A stretch of 64,000 bases of DNA from Bugula neritina (lineage: Eukaryota > Animalia > Bryozoa), in the NCBI GenBank assembly GCA_964035545.1, contig OZ037771.1, positions 1,251,628 through 1,315,627 on the forward strand. Direction: 5' to 3'. Shown in pieces: positions 38,901-51,200 of this stretch. Below the pieces are notes generated by a model that was not told where the DNA came from, searched no databases, and saw only the letters and a program-made list of their open reading frames with translations. The position numbers were made by a program, and so were the translations under genes. Each line of letters starts with the position of its first letter. Position 1 is the first letter of the stretch.

Positions 38901-41900
38901 TTGCATGAAAATATTTTCTTTCGACAGTTCAAGTCCTATTATATAAATGTTGTTGATGGGTTTGGTGTTGCAGAGTGGTGGAGCCACTACCCATCGGTGT
39001 GTGTCATCAGCAAAGACTTGGTTCCTGCTGGCAGACCGGGGCCCTTCCTAGCCAACTTGACCCTGCTGAGGTCACCCGGTGAGATAGAAGCCGAGGAGGT
39101 GAAACAGAGGAAGGCTGGTGACAGCTCGGCGGACTCTGTGGTAATCTGGGGCAACGGATCTAATATCTTGATTTCTGTTACTCAGAGCTGATGGATCTTG
39201 TCTGTGAATTTGTCTCATTTAAGTTTTAGGAGCGGATCTAAAGCTATTAGTTACTACAAGTTTAACCTACATTGGACAGTTGACCTGTGACCTTTAATCT
39301 TCACTTTACTCTGTATATAGGATAAACAGCCAAAACCCAATCAATGTGACAACTAGACTCAGTGCAAAGCTGGGGATATGATACTATTGGAAGTTACATC
39401 ATGTAGTCGTTCATGCATAACTCGATACATTTCAGGTGGACATGTTCATAAATACAGTCTGTGTGATAGTCGGAGGTGTTGGCGCACCAGAAGTTAAGGC
39501 GGGACACGTTCTGCTAGACGAAACCCTCTGCCGGCTGCGGGACGTGAAAATTACATCCAAAGTCAAGCTGGAGTTTGTTAAGCCTGAAGGAGAACAGATA
39601 AAGTTGATTACCATACAGCCCACCCATGATGTCGTATGTTACTTCTAGACTAGAAATGCCACCTGTTTATGTCATATGTCATCTTTAGAGTAGAAATACC
39701 CCTGTTTTGGGAGTCATGTATTGTGTAAACTAGCAAGTTGCATTCTGCTGCAGTTTAGAAAAACAAGCTTAGTGGTATTATGTTTTTGAATTACAGCTGC
39801 TAATTTCTGGTGTCAATATTGATAAGTTGCTAAAATACTTTATTAAAGCCCAAAGAATGCCAAGGTTACTTGAATGAAGATTTTATAAAAGATGTCTTCA
39901 CCGAGTACGTGAAATCAGCTTGTGAACCAGATGGCTATCCTCTGATACTGAATAAAAGTTCTGTGGTCAACATGCAACTACCAGAAGGTGAGTGTACTGC
40001 ATATCTCTATAAAACTACGTAGTAACCATCTGTTATACAGCAGCTGCGTATCCATAGTAACGTACTGCTCGTAGTAGTTTGGCATCACGAGGCATCCTAA
40101 TTGTTATCGATTGAAGTTTAGCGCCTTCTCTCTATGCTCTGCTCACTCATTTCTGTTCCACACCGTGAGATCAGCCTATCTATTATTATGTCTGTATCGT
40201 ATGAGCTAACTAAGTTATTGGTCACTTGGTGACTTGAATATTAAGTTGAGGCGTTCTCGACACACAGTGGTGTGTCTTTCACTGGGCCTCATTATTATGT
40301 CTGATAATTCACTTTTTCAGTCTGTCATTATTGCTATGGAATGCTTCACAATAAGTATATTGTTATGTTGATAGACTACTTCATGTACCATGATCTAAGG
40401 GTGATACTTCTCTGAAACTGCTACACAAGTTTGTGTTTTACAGCTACGGAGATGTCGCTACTTTTTGTTATACAGCTACAGGGATGTTACTACTTTTTGT
40501 TATACAGCTACAGAGATGTTGCTACTTTGTGTTATACAGCTACAGAGATGTTGTTACTTTGTGTTTTACAGCTACAGAGAAGTTGTTACTTTGTGTTATA
40601 CAGTCACAGAGATGTTGTTACTTTGTGTTATACAGCTACAGAGATGTTGTTACTTTGTTACTTTCTTATGTGTAGAAAAGAGAGGAGATTTCTTACTGAT
40701 GGTCAATGGTGTGACATCAGAGCAGCATTTCTTGCTGACCCCAGAGCTGCTGCCTTACGTTAATTTAGGAGTCAATAAAGAGTTGACGAAGAGATATGCT
40801 AATCACGATGTCATTCCACCCATGATAGCCTCTCTTGATAAGCACGTTCCTATCAAACCAGCGTAAGTATATGTATTCTACAGTATGTACACTCTACACT
40901 ACAGTATGTACACTCTACACTACAGTATGTACACTCTACACTACAGTATGTACACTACACACTACAGTATGTACACTCTACACTACAGTATGTACACTAT
41001 ACACTACAGTATGTACACTCTACACTACAGTATGTACACTCTACACTACAGTATGTACACTATACACTACAGTATGTACACTCTACACTACAGTATGTAC
41101 ACTCTACACTGCAGTATGTACACTCTACACTGCAGTATGTACACTCTACACTACAGTATGTACACTCTAAACTGCAGTATGCACACTCTACACTACAGTA
41201 TGTACACTATACACTACAGTATGTACACTCTACACTACAGTATGTACACTATACACTACAGTATGTACACTATACACTACAGTATGTACACTATACACTA
41301 CAGTATGTACACTTTACACTACAGTATGTACACTACACACTACAGTATGTACACTCTACACTACAGTATGTACACTATACACTACAGTATGTACACTATA
41401 CACAACGGTATGTGTATCTCATTGTAGCGGATATGCAGACTTGTATAAACAGTGTCAGGACTTTGTGACGTCAACTCTGAGCTGTGGTGCTTACGGAGGG
41501 TTGTTGATTACCGGCCCTCGGGGTTCAGGGAAGACAACTCTAGCCTGTCACACAGCGGCTGAGATGTATAAGAAACATGGCTGCTACACGCATGTCCTTG
41601 ATGGCAAACTGCTCAAAGGTAGTCTGTCTTCTGAGTGGTTCTGTTACTCTTTACACCAGAACCTAGTCAGTTCACTGAGTAGTAGAAACAGAGATGGTTA
41701 TATCAAAATTTTTCTTAGATTAGTTTACCTCGTCTGTAGAAATAGGGTAGTGGAAGCTGATCTTCAATACACAAAATAAGGTAAACCTGTAACAGCTGGC
41801 TTTTAAATAATTGGTATATTTCTAGTGACCCTAAGACTTGAAGTTTTCAAACAAATCATAAATAACCAAGATTATTATTCTATGCGTGGCAGCAATGAAT

Positions 41901-44900
41901 ATTTGTCGGCCATTTTTTGTTTTTGTTTTAATTTGCTAGTTCATGGTGCTCTACCTTCTTTTTATAACAGCGTTGCGTGTATGAAATGCCTTCAGCAGTA
42001 TCAGGTGTATAGGTAAAAGATCAGATGGTATAAGGAAGGAAATGGATAAGGCTATCAAGGAGTGCATGTGGAGACAACCCAGTTTGCTCTATATTGAAGA
42101 CCTGGACAGTCTGTGTCGGGCACCAGCCGGGCCTGAAGAGGAGACAAATCCCGATACTGTCTACAGTCTGAAAGCCGCTGAAGGTACAAACGTACTAATA
42201 AATAAATGCTGTTGTTTTAGAAATACTTGAATTCAATAGAAACTTTTTATCTGTCAGGTGGTTGTATTTTGAGTAACTACTGAATGCCATTATTTGACAA
42301 CCTCCATGCTGATTTAACTGTTACAATATTTTTACTAACTAATCTTTAACATTTTCTGATTAATTTCATTTGTTCATTTGCTGGGTACAGCTTATTTATT
42401 TAGAGTTATGCTCTATTGGTAGTCAGCTCTCACTAAATAGTTGTCTTTTCATCCCTGCAGTTATCAAGGACAGACTAAATGAAATGTGGCGATGCAACAA
42501 GGAAACTGGAGACAAGGTGGTTGTCATAGCAACCAGTGTAAACAGAACCACACTTCACGAGAAGTTAACTCCAACTCACGGTGTTCATATGTTTCATCTC
42601 ACAGTGGAAATCCCTGCACTCACCCAGGTGTGGGCTTCGAGTAACTGAATCCATCTAATGAAGTGTTACTTTCATTGATCTCTATATAATGATTTCTTCT
42701 GTCTATGTGTAGAATAGGCTAAGATGTAAAATGGTTTCATGTCCATTAGACTGTGTGCTATAAGACTTGTATCTGTGATATCGTAGTAAATGATCATACC
42801 TTCAACTGTTTACATCATGTGTAAGTAGGCTGTCGCTGCTGGAGTATTAAACAGCGTGTGCTAGCCTGTGATTTCATCACTTACGATAGCCTTGTATCCT
42901 ATGAAATAGCAATAGCCTTGTATCCTATGAAATAGCAATAGCCTTGTATCCTATGAAATAGCAATAGCCTTGTATCCTATGAAGTGTTGCATTTTATTGT
43001 CTACTTGCATGTAGAGCTCACGGTGTGAACTGCTGATGTCTATACTAGAGAAAGCTGGGGTGAAGCATTCTCCAACTGACAAGGAGTTGCTTGCTCTATC
43101 TGATAAACTAGAGGGCTATGTAGCCCAGGATATTGTATCCCTTGTGAGGAGGGCGTCACATGCTCACACCATTGCAGCATCAGGTTAGAAATGTCATTGT
43201 CAGTAGCTTGTAAAAGGGAAACTGCATGAAAATACTGATATCTAATTTTAGGAAAGCAGTATTTGTGCTCTAAGTGTATCTAAGAGAGTAACTGGTGAGT
43301 CAGTATGTAGTCATCAGAGAGTAACTGGTGAGTCAGTATGTAGTCATCAGAGAGTGAATTGTCAGTCAGTATGTAGTCATCATAGAGTGACTTGTCAGTC
43401 AGTATGTAGTCATCTTAGAGTAACTCATGGGTCAGCATGTAGTCATCAAAGAGTAACTGTATGCAAACTACTAGTTCTAGTCGCCCCTGACTGGGAGGTG
43501 ACTAAAAACCGACGACTTATATTATCATCTTTGTAAGCTTCTGTAACTAGTAAATAAGGCATTGCAAAGTGGGGTGTCAACCCACCTGCGGGGAGACACC
43601 TTACTTTACTGTACCCTATGCAGTGAGTCGGTATGTAGTGATAGTAGTGGCAGTAAAGCATGATATAAATGCACTATTACCTGAACTGTAGGAACTGAAG
43701 AAAGTTCTACTGGAACTGTAACTCTGGAAGACTTTGACAAAGCTCTAGTTAATTTCACCCCAGCTAGTCTAAGGGGTGTCGCCCTTCACTCACCTGGGGA
43801 GAACACCTGGGCAGATGTGGGAGGATTGAAGAATGTGAGAGAGCAGCTTGTTAGGATGTTGGAGTGGCCAACCAAAGTTAGTAGATATCCATTCTGAGTA
43901 GTTTCTCAGGTTACAGAGTGTGAATTGTATGATAGTGTATTAAATCCTGGACTTCCTGTTACGGTTACATAACGCAAAAATTTTGTTAGTATGTTGAAGC
44001 TAAAGTAAGAAATGACTTAGTCATATTTACAGAGACTAGCAATAAGACTGGCAGTAAAGTTGCAAAAAAGTGTTTTTATTAAAATATTACCATTTTTGAA
44101 TACTATATCTGTAGTCATATTTAAGTTCCATTCTCAAACATTAAACAACCTAAAGTGTTATAATGTCAGTAAAACTCTCATCTTGGCAAACTGCAATCAT
44201 TTCAATGCTAACATATTTTACGTGGTAATTTGAAACTAAATCTATTTCATGTTAGAAATTATTTTTATATAGTAATCTGCAGTAGAATACTCACATCTCT
44301 TTCACATCAGTTGTGTACTTTTCTTTTAACTATAATTAGATTCTCTTATTCAACTTTTGACCTTCACCTTGTCTGCTTTCAGTACAGGAAGTTGTATGCC
44401 CAATGTCCAATCAGATTGCAGTCTGGCGTGCTGCTCTACGGTGCTCCCGGAACCGGGAAGACCCTCATCGCTGCCGTAGTGGCCAAGGAGATGGGACTCA
44501 ATTTCATCAGCATCAAAGGGCCGGAGCTGCTGAACAAGTACATAGGAGCCAGCGAGCAGGGGGTTAGAGACACGTTCACCAGGTTTGCTGATGGAGTATC
44601 TTATCTTGAGACAAGCTATATGTGAAACTCGTAGCACTTATCCAACCCTGTTATAGCTTTTATTACTTCAGTTACTGGTACATCTGTGAAACCTTAGCTA
44701 TTAAACCTCTTAGTTTTATACACAGCACAGAAAATATGTTTCTCTCCAATGCATGTGTTCTGGTACTATATAAAGTGTATCTGTTACCATGTAATACCAC
44801 GTGTTACCACATAATAGTATTTATATCGCCATATATTAACAAGTGTTGCCATGTCTCACTGCATTCACTCCTGGTATAGGGCTCAGAGTGTACGCCCCTG

Positions 44901-45094
44901 TATTCTCTTCTTTGATGAGTTTGAATCTCTGGCTCCAAAGAGAGGCCATGACAGCACCGGAGTTACAGACAGAGTAGTCAATCAGCTTCTCACTCAGCTA
45001 GATGGAGTGGAGGCTCTGGAAGGTCAGTTTAGTAGTAGCAGCATTTAGTAGCGGCAGCATCATTTAGTAGCGGCAGCATCATTTAAGTAGTAGT

Positions 45095-45127
<33 letters not shown>

Positions 45128-47223
45128 TGTTGTAGTAGTAGTAGTAGCAGTAGCAGTAGTAGTAGTAGCAGTAGTAGTAGCAGTAGTAGCAGTAGTATCA
45201 GTAGTAGTGTTAGCAGTAGTAGCAGTAGTAGTGTTAGTAGTACTAGTCCTATTAGTAGTACTAAGCACCTGTTTGAATTTTGCACATGTGTATTCAGGTG
45301 TGTACGTGTTGGCTGCAACTAGCAGACCAGATTTGATAGATCCGGCATTGCTGCGTCCCGGTAGGCTGGATAAATCACTCATCTGTGAAGTTCCATCTTA
45401 CGAAGATAGACTTGATATTTTCAATGCTCTTTCCAAGGACATGGCTGTGGGTGAGTATTTGTAGTAGTGATGCTCTACTCTTGGTTGTCTAGCTATTGAG
45501 GGGGGGGGGGGGTAAGGTGCCCGTAAGTACATCTAAAGTATAAAACCCTTTCATATAAACTATTATTGTAGTAGAACTCTGTTGGTTGAGTCGGTTTTCT
45601 GTGAAGCACACAAATAGTAAATTGCTAGTTGAATGTGTCCTCAGATCTTGAGTGGTCTTTAAGACTTGAACATAGTATAGTATCACATCAACTAGCAGCA
45701 TATCAAATATGGTTGTTCCGTATACGTTGTAATATAATAACTCTTATCATCTGAAACACTGAAACAGCATCACTTTAATACAACGTCTTTCTTCACATGG
45801 TTCATGCAGACGGTGATGTGACTATAAAAGAGATCGCTGCCTCCTGTGAGAACTACACTGGAGCGGACATCAAGGCTCTCCTGGTGAATGCTCAGTTGGA
45901 AGCAGTTCATGCAGAAATGAATAAATCTGCCAACTACACTGGTAAGAGTTGTCCCACTCTGTTAACTATACCCGTAGAAATATTGTGACAGAATTCTGTT
46001 AATGTTAGTAATATTTCCTTGAGTCGATGCTCGGTGTGAAAGTTTGAGTCTGTTTAAATCATAAATACTTTCCACTCACTATAAAGCTGTTAAAGCTGTA
46101 AGCTATAAAGTTGTTGCATGGCTTTGATACTTTTTTGACTGACATTTTCGTATCACTTTTATTCAAGTTCAACTTTTACTGTTTTTAACATGTGTTAATG
46201 TTGAATGGGTTATTTCAGATACAGCACTAAAAGACGAAGATAATATACAGAATATTTGTATACAGGGAATATATAGACCTGCTAACAAACGGGAAATGTG
46301 TAGTATTACTCCACAATCTGATTCATACCACAAGGTTAGTTCTATGAGATGACTCATAGTGGAAAGTAATGGTTTGGAGATTGTTTCTTCATCAACTTTC
46401 ATTGTTTCATACGCATCAATTTTGTTATAGGCTGCAGAGTGCTCGGCTCATAACTGTTAATACGTACTCCGTTGATCTGCGTTGTGAAAAAAAACATATA
46501 ACACTACTGATAGTTGCTAACATATGTATGTCTCTATTAGTAATATCGTATAATTAGTCTGTAGTTGGGGGTGTTTATCATTTTTGTAGATAAGGAAAGT
46601 AAGTGCCATGATTTCCAAACATTCAGCACGAAAACGGAAGACAACTTCTCAGCCACAGACCTCTGCGTCACCAGCAGGTGTCGCTATTAACATGGCACAT
46701 TTGCAGACAGCTCTAGCTAGCTTGAAGCCATCTGTTTCGGAACTTGACCAAAGGAGATACAGAATGATGTTAGTAGCCGTTAACTTCCCTTGCTGTTTAT
46801 TATAAGTTTATATTATATAACGTAGGGGAGCATAAGTCCTATCGGAATTATTAAAATTTCTTTACTTCATCATGTTATATAATTCTGAATGGCGAGAGGT
46901 CACTTGACACTATAATTATATTATATAACACATTATATCTAATATATAATATATTTATTATATATAGTATATGATGCCTAATATACAGTATAGAAGATAT
47001 AATACATCTAATTAGTAATTATCTGAAGAGCTTGATAATGTTCAACAGATGACTATTTCACACTCAGTGTAGGTTATGTCAGCGAAAAATACTTGTCTAG
47101 TTTGTTAAAGTTGCCGTATATCTCTGTTTTAGATACGAGCGATTTTCCGGCAGCAAAACTGAGAAGGCAGCAGCCAATCGAGCTGAAGTTCTCAGCTTGG
47201 AGCAGAAGGTATCTTTGGCGTGA
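35915..47223 (+). CDS. PEX1: Peroxisomal AAA+ ATPase PEX1
   Basis: N-domain [11 protein letters not shown]|[16 protein letters not shown] (37254-37337, 37585-37699); D1 Walker A GPRGSGKT (41428-41618); WADVGG (43692-43877); D2 GAPGTGKT and [18 protein letters not shown] (44383-44582); [35 protein letters not shown] (44880-45022); [20 protein letters not shown] (45298-45450); last exon 47133-47223 ends EQKVSLA*. Boundaries of the first 2-3 exons (35915-36528) are uncertain. Confidence 0.95.
36830..36913. repeat. 18-nt repeat (AAAGTGAAACTGYAAAAT)x~5
   Basis: Visible tandem units in a PEX1 intron. Confidence 0.85.
38100..38199 (+). repeat. 29-nt tandem repeat of a splice acceptor junction
   Basis: Unit GTAATATTTACCTGTCTATCACTATGCAG; CAG|GT with G at 38106, 38135, 38164, 38193. 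Confidence 0.92.
38309..38410 (+). repeat. 12-nt tandem repeat of a splice donor junction
   Basis: Unit ~MCTAAG|GTAAAW x8; GT at 38315, 38327, 38351, 38363, 38375, 38387, 38399 (GC at 38339). Confidence 0.9.
38441..38517 (+). repeat. 10-nt repeat (GTGAGTGCAG)n
   Basis: About 8 units; junctions generate CAG|GTGAGT. Confidence 0.85.
40420..40662. repeat. 32-nt minisatellite
   Basis: TGTGTTATACAGCTACAGAGATGTTGTTACTT x~7, ending just before the acceptor at 40675. Confidence 0.93.
40878..41405. repeat. 21-nt minisatellite filling almost the whole intron 40863-41427
   Basis: TACAGTATGTACACTCTACAC x~25. Confidence 0.97.
42886..42983. repeat. 26-nt tandem repeat
   Basis: ATAGCCTTGTATCCTATGAAATAGCA x~4. 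Confidence 0.9.
43284..43458. repeat. 33-nt tandem repeat
   Basis: GTAACTGGTGAGTCAGTATGTAGTCATCAGAGA x~5. Confidence 0.9.
45029..45260. repeat. (AGT/AGC)n trinucleotide tract in a PEX1 intron
   Basis: Visible; source of poly-Leu/poly-Thr ORFs. Confidence 0.95.
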
Positions 47224-48201
47224 CTTTAGTCGCAGGTTACTGTTAGCTTGTAGTGTTGTGTTTAAATTGCAGTAGACTGACTTGCCATACAAATTGGTAT
47301 ATTCTATTCTATTGGTATATTCTAACCCTCTGTCTGCAAAGTGGGGGTAGCTCTTCAAAACTAAAAAAACTCACTCAAAACTATGTTACTGCTGTTCTCT
47401 TAGAAATTATTTTTTATACCAAATGACAATTATATGCAGATATGAAATTTTAGCTTTTAAGAAATGACATAATACACAGTTAATACGAGGAATAATGTTG
47501 TATAAAACTGGAAAGAGATAGTGTGTATGCAGTAACGGTGCCAGCATACAAGTGTTTACAGGTGATTGGTTAGTGATCGAAATTCAAGTCATTAGATATT
47601 ACAACGATTTGTATTTTTAAAGTTGTAAGTCACAGATATTAATTAATTACAGGTTTAACTTCACAATACAAGTCTTAATGTTCTTCATCAGCAATAGTCT
47701 GTATGTAAAAGGCGAATTGTGTAGTTCAACAACCTCCTATTTATTCATACAGTACGATTTATTCAGTCAGATATGTGCAACAAGAATTTCATTCATGACA
47801 AGAAAATATAACAATGAATAAAAATTGCCGGAATAAATATTGAGGATCAAAAATAGAATAGAGTCTAGCTTTAAAAGCATGAGCATGTTCTAATCTATAC
47901 TTCTTGTAGCCTGTGTACCATTGCACAAATAATTAGAGATCATATCAGGATTATTTCAAGTTGTCATAATATAGGATAACTAGTGCCTGTAATAACTTCT
48001 AATATCCATATGATTGGTTGCATAGTTCAACATGTCACATGGCAAGCTAACCATATGATTGGTCCAGCAAGATATACAATTATCAGTGTTTTAGTGGTCT
48101 GATTAGTCACATGATCGTCTTGGCCCAATTGGTCATGAAAATCACTTGTCTCATAATTGGTTTATTTTACTCATTGAGAAACGTGATTGGTTGAGAAGAG
48201 C

Positions 48202-51200
48202 TCATGGACTACCTTTGTCTTCAAGTAACGCAGTTGAATCATCTGATTCGTCCGACTCATATTGACTAAATGCACTTTGTCGCACTAGAGAGGCGTCACT
48301 CGACTTAGATCTCATCTCGGGCTGGGAATGTTCTACTGCAGCAGGAAACTGCGCACTTTGACTGCTGCTTGCCACGGGCACGTCCAGATGCGTCACCTCT
48401 CCAAGCTCTATGTCTCTCTCATCGCTTGATTTCATCAGTTCTGATGTCTCATCTTTTGTATCCCAGTTGCCCTGAAGTTGTACTTGACCAGTTTTTCTAC
48501 CTCTATCTCTACTGTCTGCAGAGGAGGAATTGTTTTGGTCTTGAGGCAGCTTTGATCTCGCTGATTCAGCTGACTTTTGAGTGAGACCAGGCACGGACAA
48601 ATCACTTTCACGGTTGCTTAGAGACTTCATGCTATGCAGGTTCTTTAATCGTCTTTTCTTCTCAGAGTCCTAAAAGGCAATGATTACGAAACTTTCATCA
48701 TCTCTGACCATTACAATCACTTCGCATCAATGCTCAATGCTAAGCCCCTTGGTCATTATCAATTTCATTTCGCAAACTGGCTGTTAGAATAATTAAAGAT
48801 GAGTATAATGAAAATGAAAAATCGCCACTATTATATAATATCTTCCAGCCTCAATACACTGTGTGGAACCAGTTGAACCCATTATACAACTTATCCACCA
48901 TCAACAATACCACAAGCGTAGGACACTCAAGTAAGAACCAAGTAGAACTACATTAAATAATCCACTATGAACTTGTACTTGCTTGCCTAAGTTTCACACG
49001 AATACCTTGGCATATTTAGAAGAGAGAGTTCCTCCACCACCCGAGCTTTGAGCGTCGGTAGAAGAAGGAACAGCAGCGTATCTGCCGTATATATTGCTAG
49101 CAGTCGAAGGTTTACTTCCAAACGCAGTTTTCTTTGATTTCTGACCTTGTCTGCTTTCCTGGAACACCATAACGCAACCGCAAACTTAGAGACATTATTA
49201 CTGATCATTCGTTGAAAAAAACATAAACTGCATTGGCATAAGAATGGACATATTTTATGTAGAACTGAGACAGTGTAAATAACAAAATACTAAAACAGTG
49301 TCCAAGTGGCTGAATCACATGACAAAAATAAACTAAACAGATCATGACGAGTTCACAGGGAGAATGAAGGAGAATTTTGACTATGACGCTAATGGTTCTG
49401 TAGAAATAGACAGGAAACAAGCAACAAATGCTATGGTCAACATTACTGAGCACTAGGGGTCAACATGACTGAGCACTAGGGGTCAACATGACTGAGCACT
49501 ATAGGGGTATAGAGTAAGGTTCTGGGCTATCTTACATCTCTGTTACGACGGACGGGGCGTATGAAGGCATTACGCAACATAATAACTGTTTTTAAATTCA
49601 GGGCAGCCTGTAAAACACATGCAGTACGTACAATATATTAAATGAGCATAGAGCAAGATACTGATAGTTAGCTGTGTGCTGTTAGTTCAGTGGGTATAAT
49701 TAAAGGTATGAAAAATAACTCACCTGTGTGCTCACGGTCGGTTTCCTCACAATCTGAGAGGACGGCCCTTCAACAATAACAGATACAATACATACACCAG
49801 CTTGCATAGTAGGTACTTACACAGTAAGTACATACACATCAAATACAGTAAGTACGCAAGATATTAGCAAGTTTATCTCATGCAACCCTGTCCCGCAGAA
49901 TCTGATAGTTTACAATCTTCAGACATTAAGCAAGGGACTTGACAACCATGAAAAACTTAAACTTCAATTAAGTAGAAGTCGGACAAAATTAAGGAATTTT
50001 ATATCCCCCAAGTCTGTACTGAATAAATGTGTTGTCATTATATAAAGCCCATATGCTTTCACACCCTTTTATGAAGAGTTGCCTTCTCTCCTACATAGTT
50101 TAAAAAGTATAACTATAAACATGTACGGAGTATCGCAACTCACCATGAGATTAGGATTTAGAGTTATCGGGTCAAGGTTACATACTTACAATGAGGTCAA
50201 AGGGTAAAGGTCACATGATATTAATATATTCACCCTCATGAATAGTAGACATTCCAATGCCAGCATTCATATGTATAGAGGAGTTATCTGCCCCAACATA
50301 GCTGACGCTTCTTTTGAACCGCTCCAGTCTCTTGTTCTTCTCTTGCAGGAGATACATAAGGTTAGATCTGTCATCCATTTCATTGTTCATCTGCATTTCT
50401 CTAGCATCCATCTAGTAGTAACAACATAGTCAGTATTTAAGTGCTATAGCACAACCTTAGCACTATAGCTAACACACTATATTACACTACACTATATTAC
50501 ACAGTACTATATTACACTACACTATATTACACAGTACTATATTACACAGCACTATATTACACAGTACTATATTACACAGTACTATATTACACAGTACTAT
50601 ATTACACTATACTATATTACACAGTACTATATTACACAGTACTATATTACACAGTACTATATTACACAGTACTATATTACACAGTACTATATTACACAGT
50701 ACTATATTACACAGTACTATATTACACAGTACTATATTACACAGTACTATATTACACAGTACTATATTACACAGTACTATATTACACAGTACTATATTAC
50801 ACAGTACTATATGACACATATTACACAGCTGACAGAGTACACACCGAAGAGCCAGGTTTAGAGAACAACATCCTCAACTGCTGAGCATTCTTCAGATCAC
50901 TTTCCACGATCGTCTGCTGCTTGGACAATCTCCTTTGCTGCAGGGCAGTCATTTCCTCGTCTATATCGTATATCAAATAATAATGTATCAAGACCTCATG
51001 TAAGTTAAGCGTCACCATCCCTGTGAGAACCCCTGATTGAAAGGGTATATTTTAAAGTAGGCTAAGGACTTATTCAGATGTGACACAAGAGTAATTATAA
51101 CTGGATGCGCTTCATAACATTACCAATGGCCTTTACTGGGGTTTTAAACGATGACCTTTGTTTACTAAGCCAGTGCTCTAACCCCTAGAACAAGCCTGCA

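Noticed and set aside
40835-41427. MYTLHYS / TTVCTLY repeat proteins
   Set aside because: 21-nt minisatellite between two in-phase PEX1 exons.
44230-45464. Calling the AAA ATPase CDC48/VCP or PEX6
   Set aside because: The N-domain [36 protein letters not shown] and terminal QKVSLA are PEX1 signatures.
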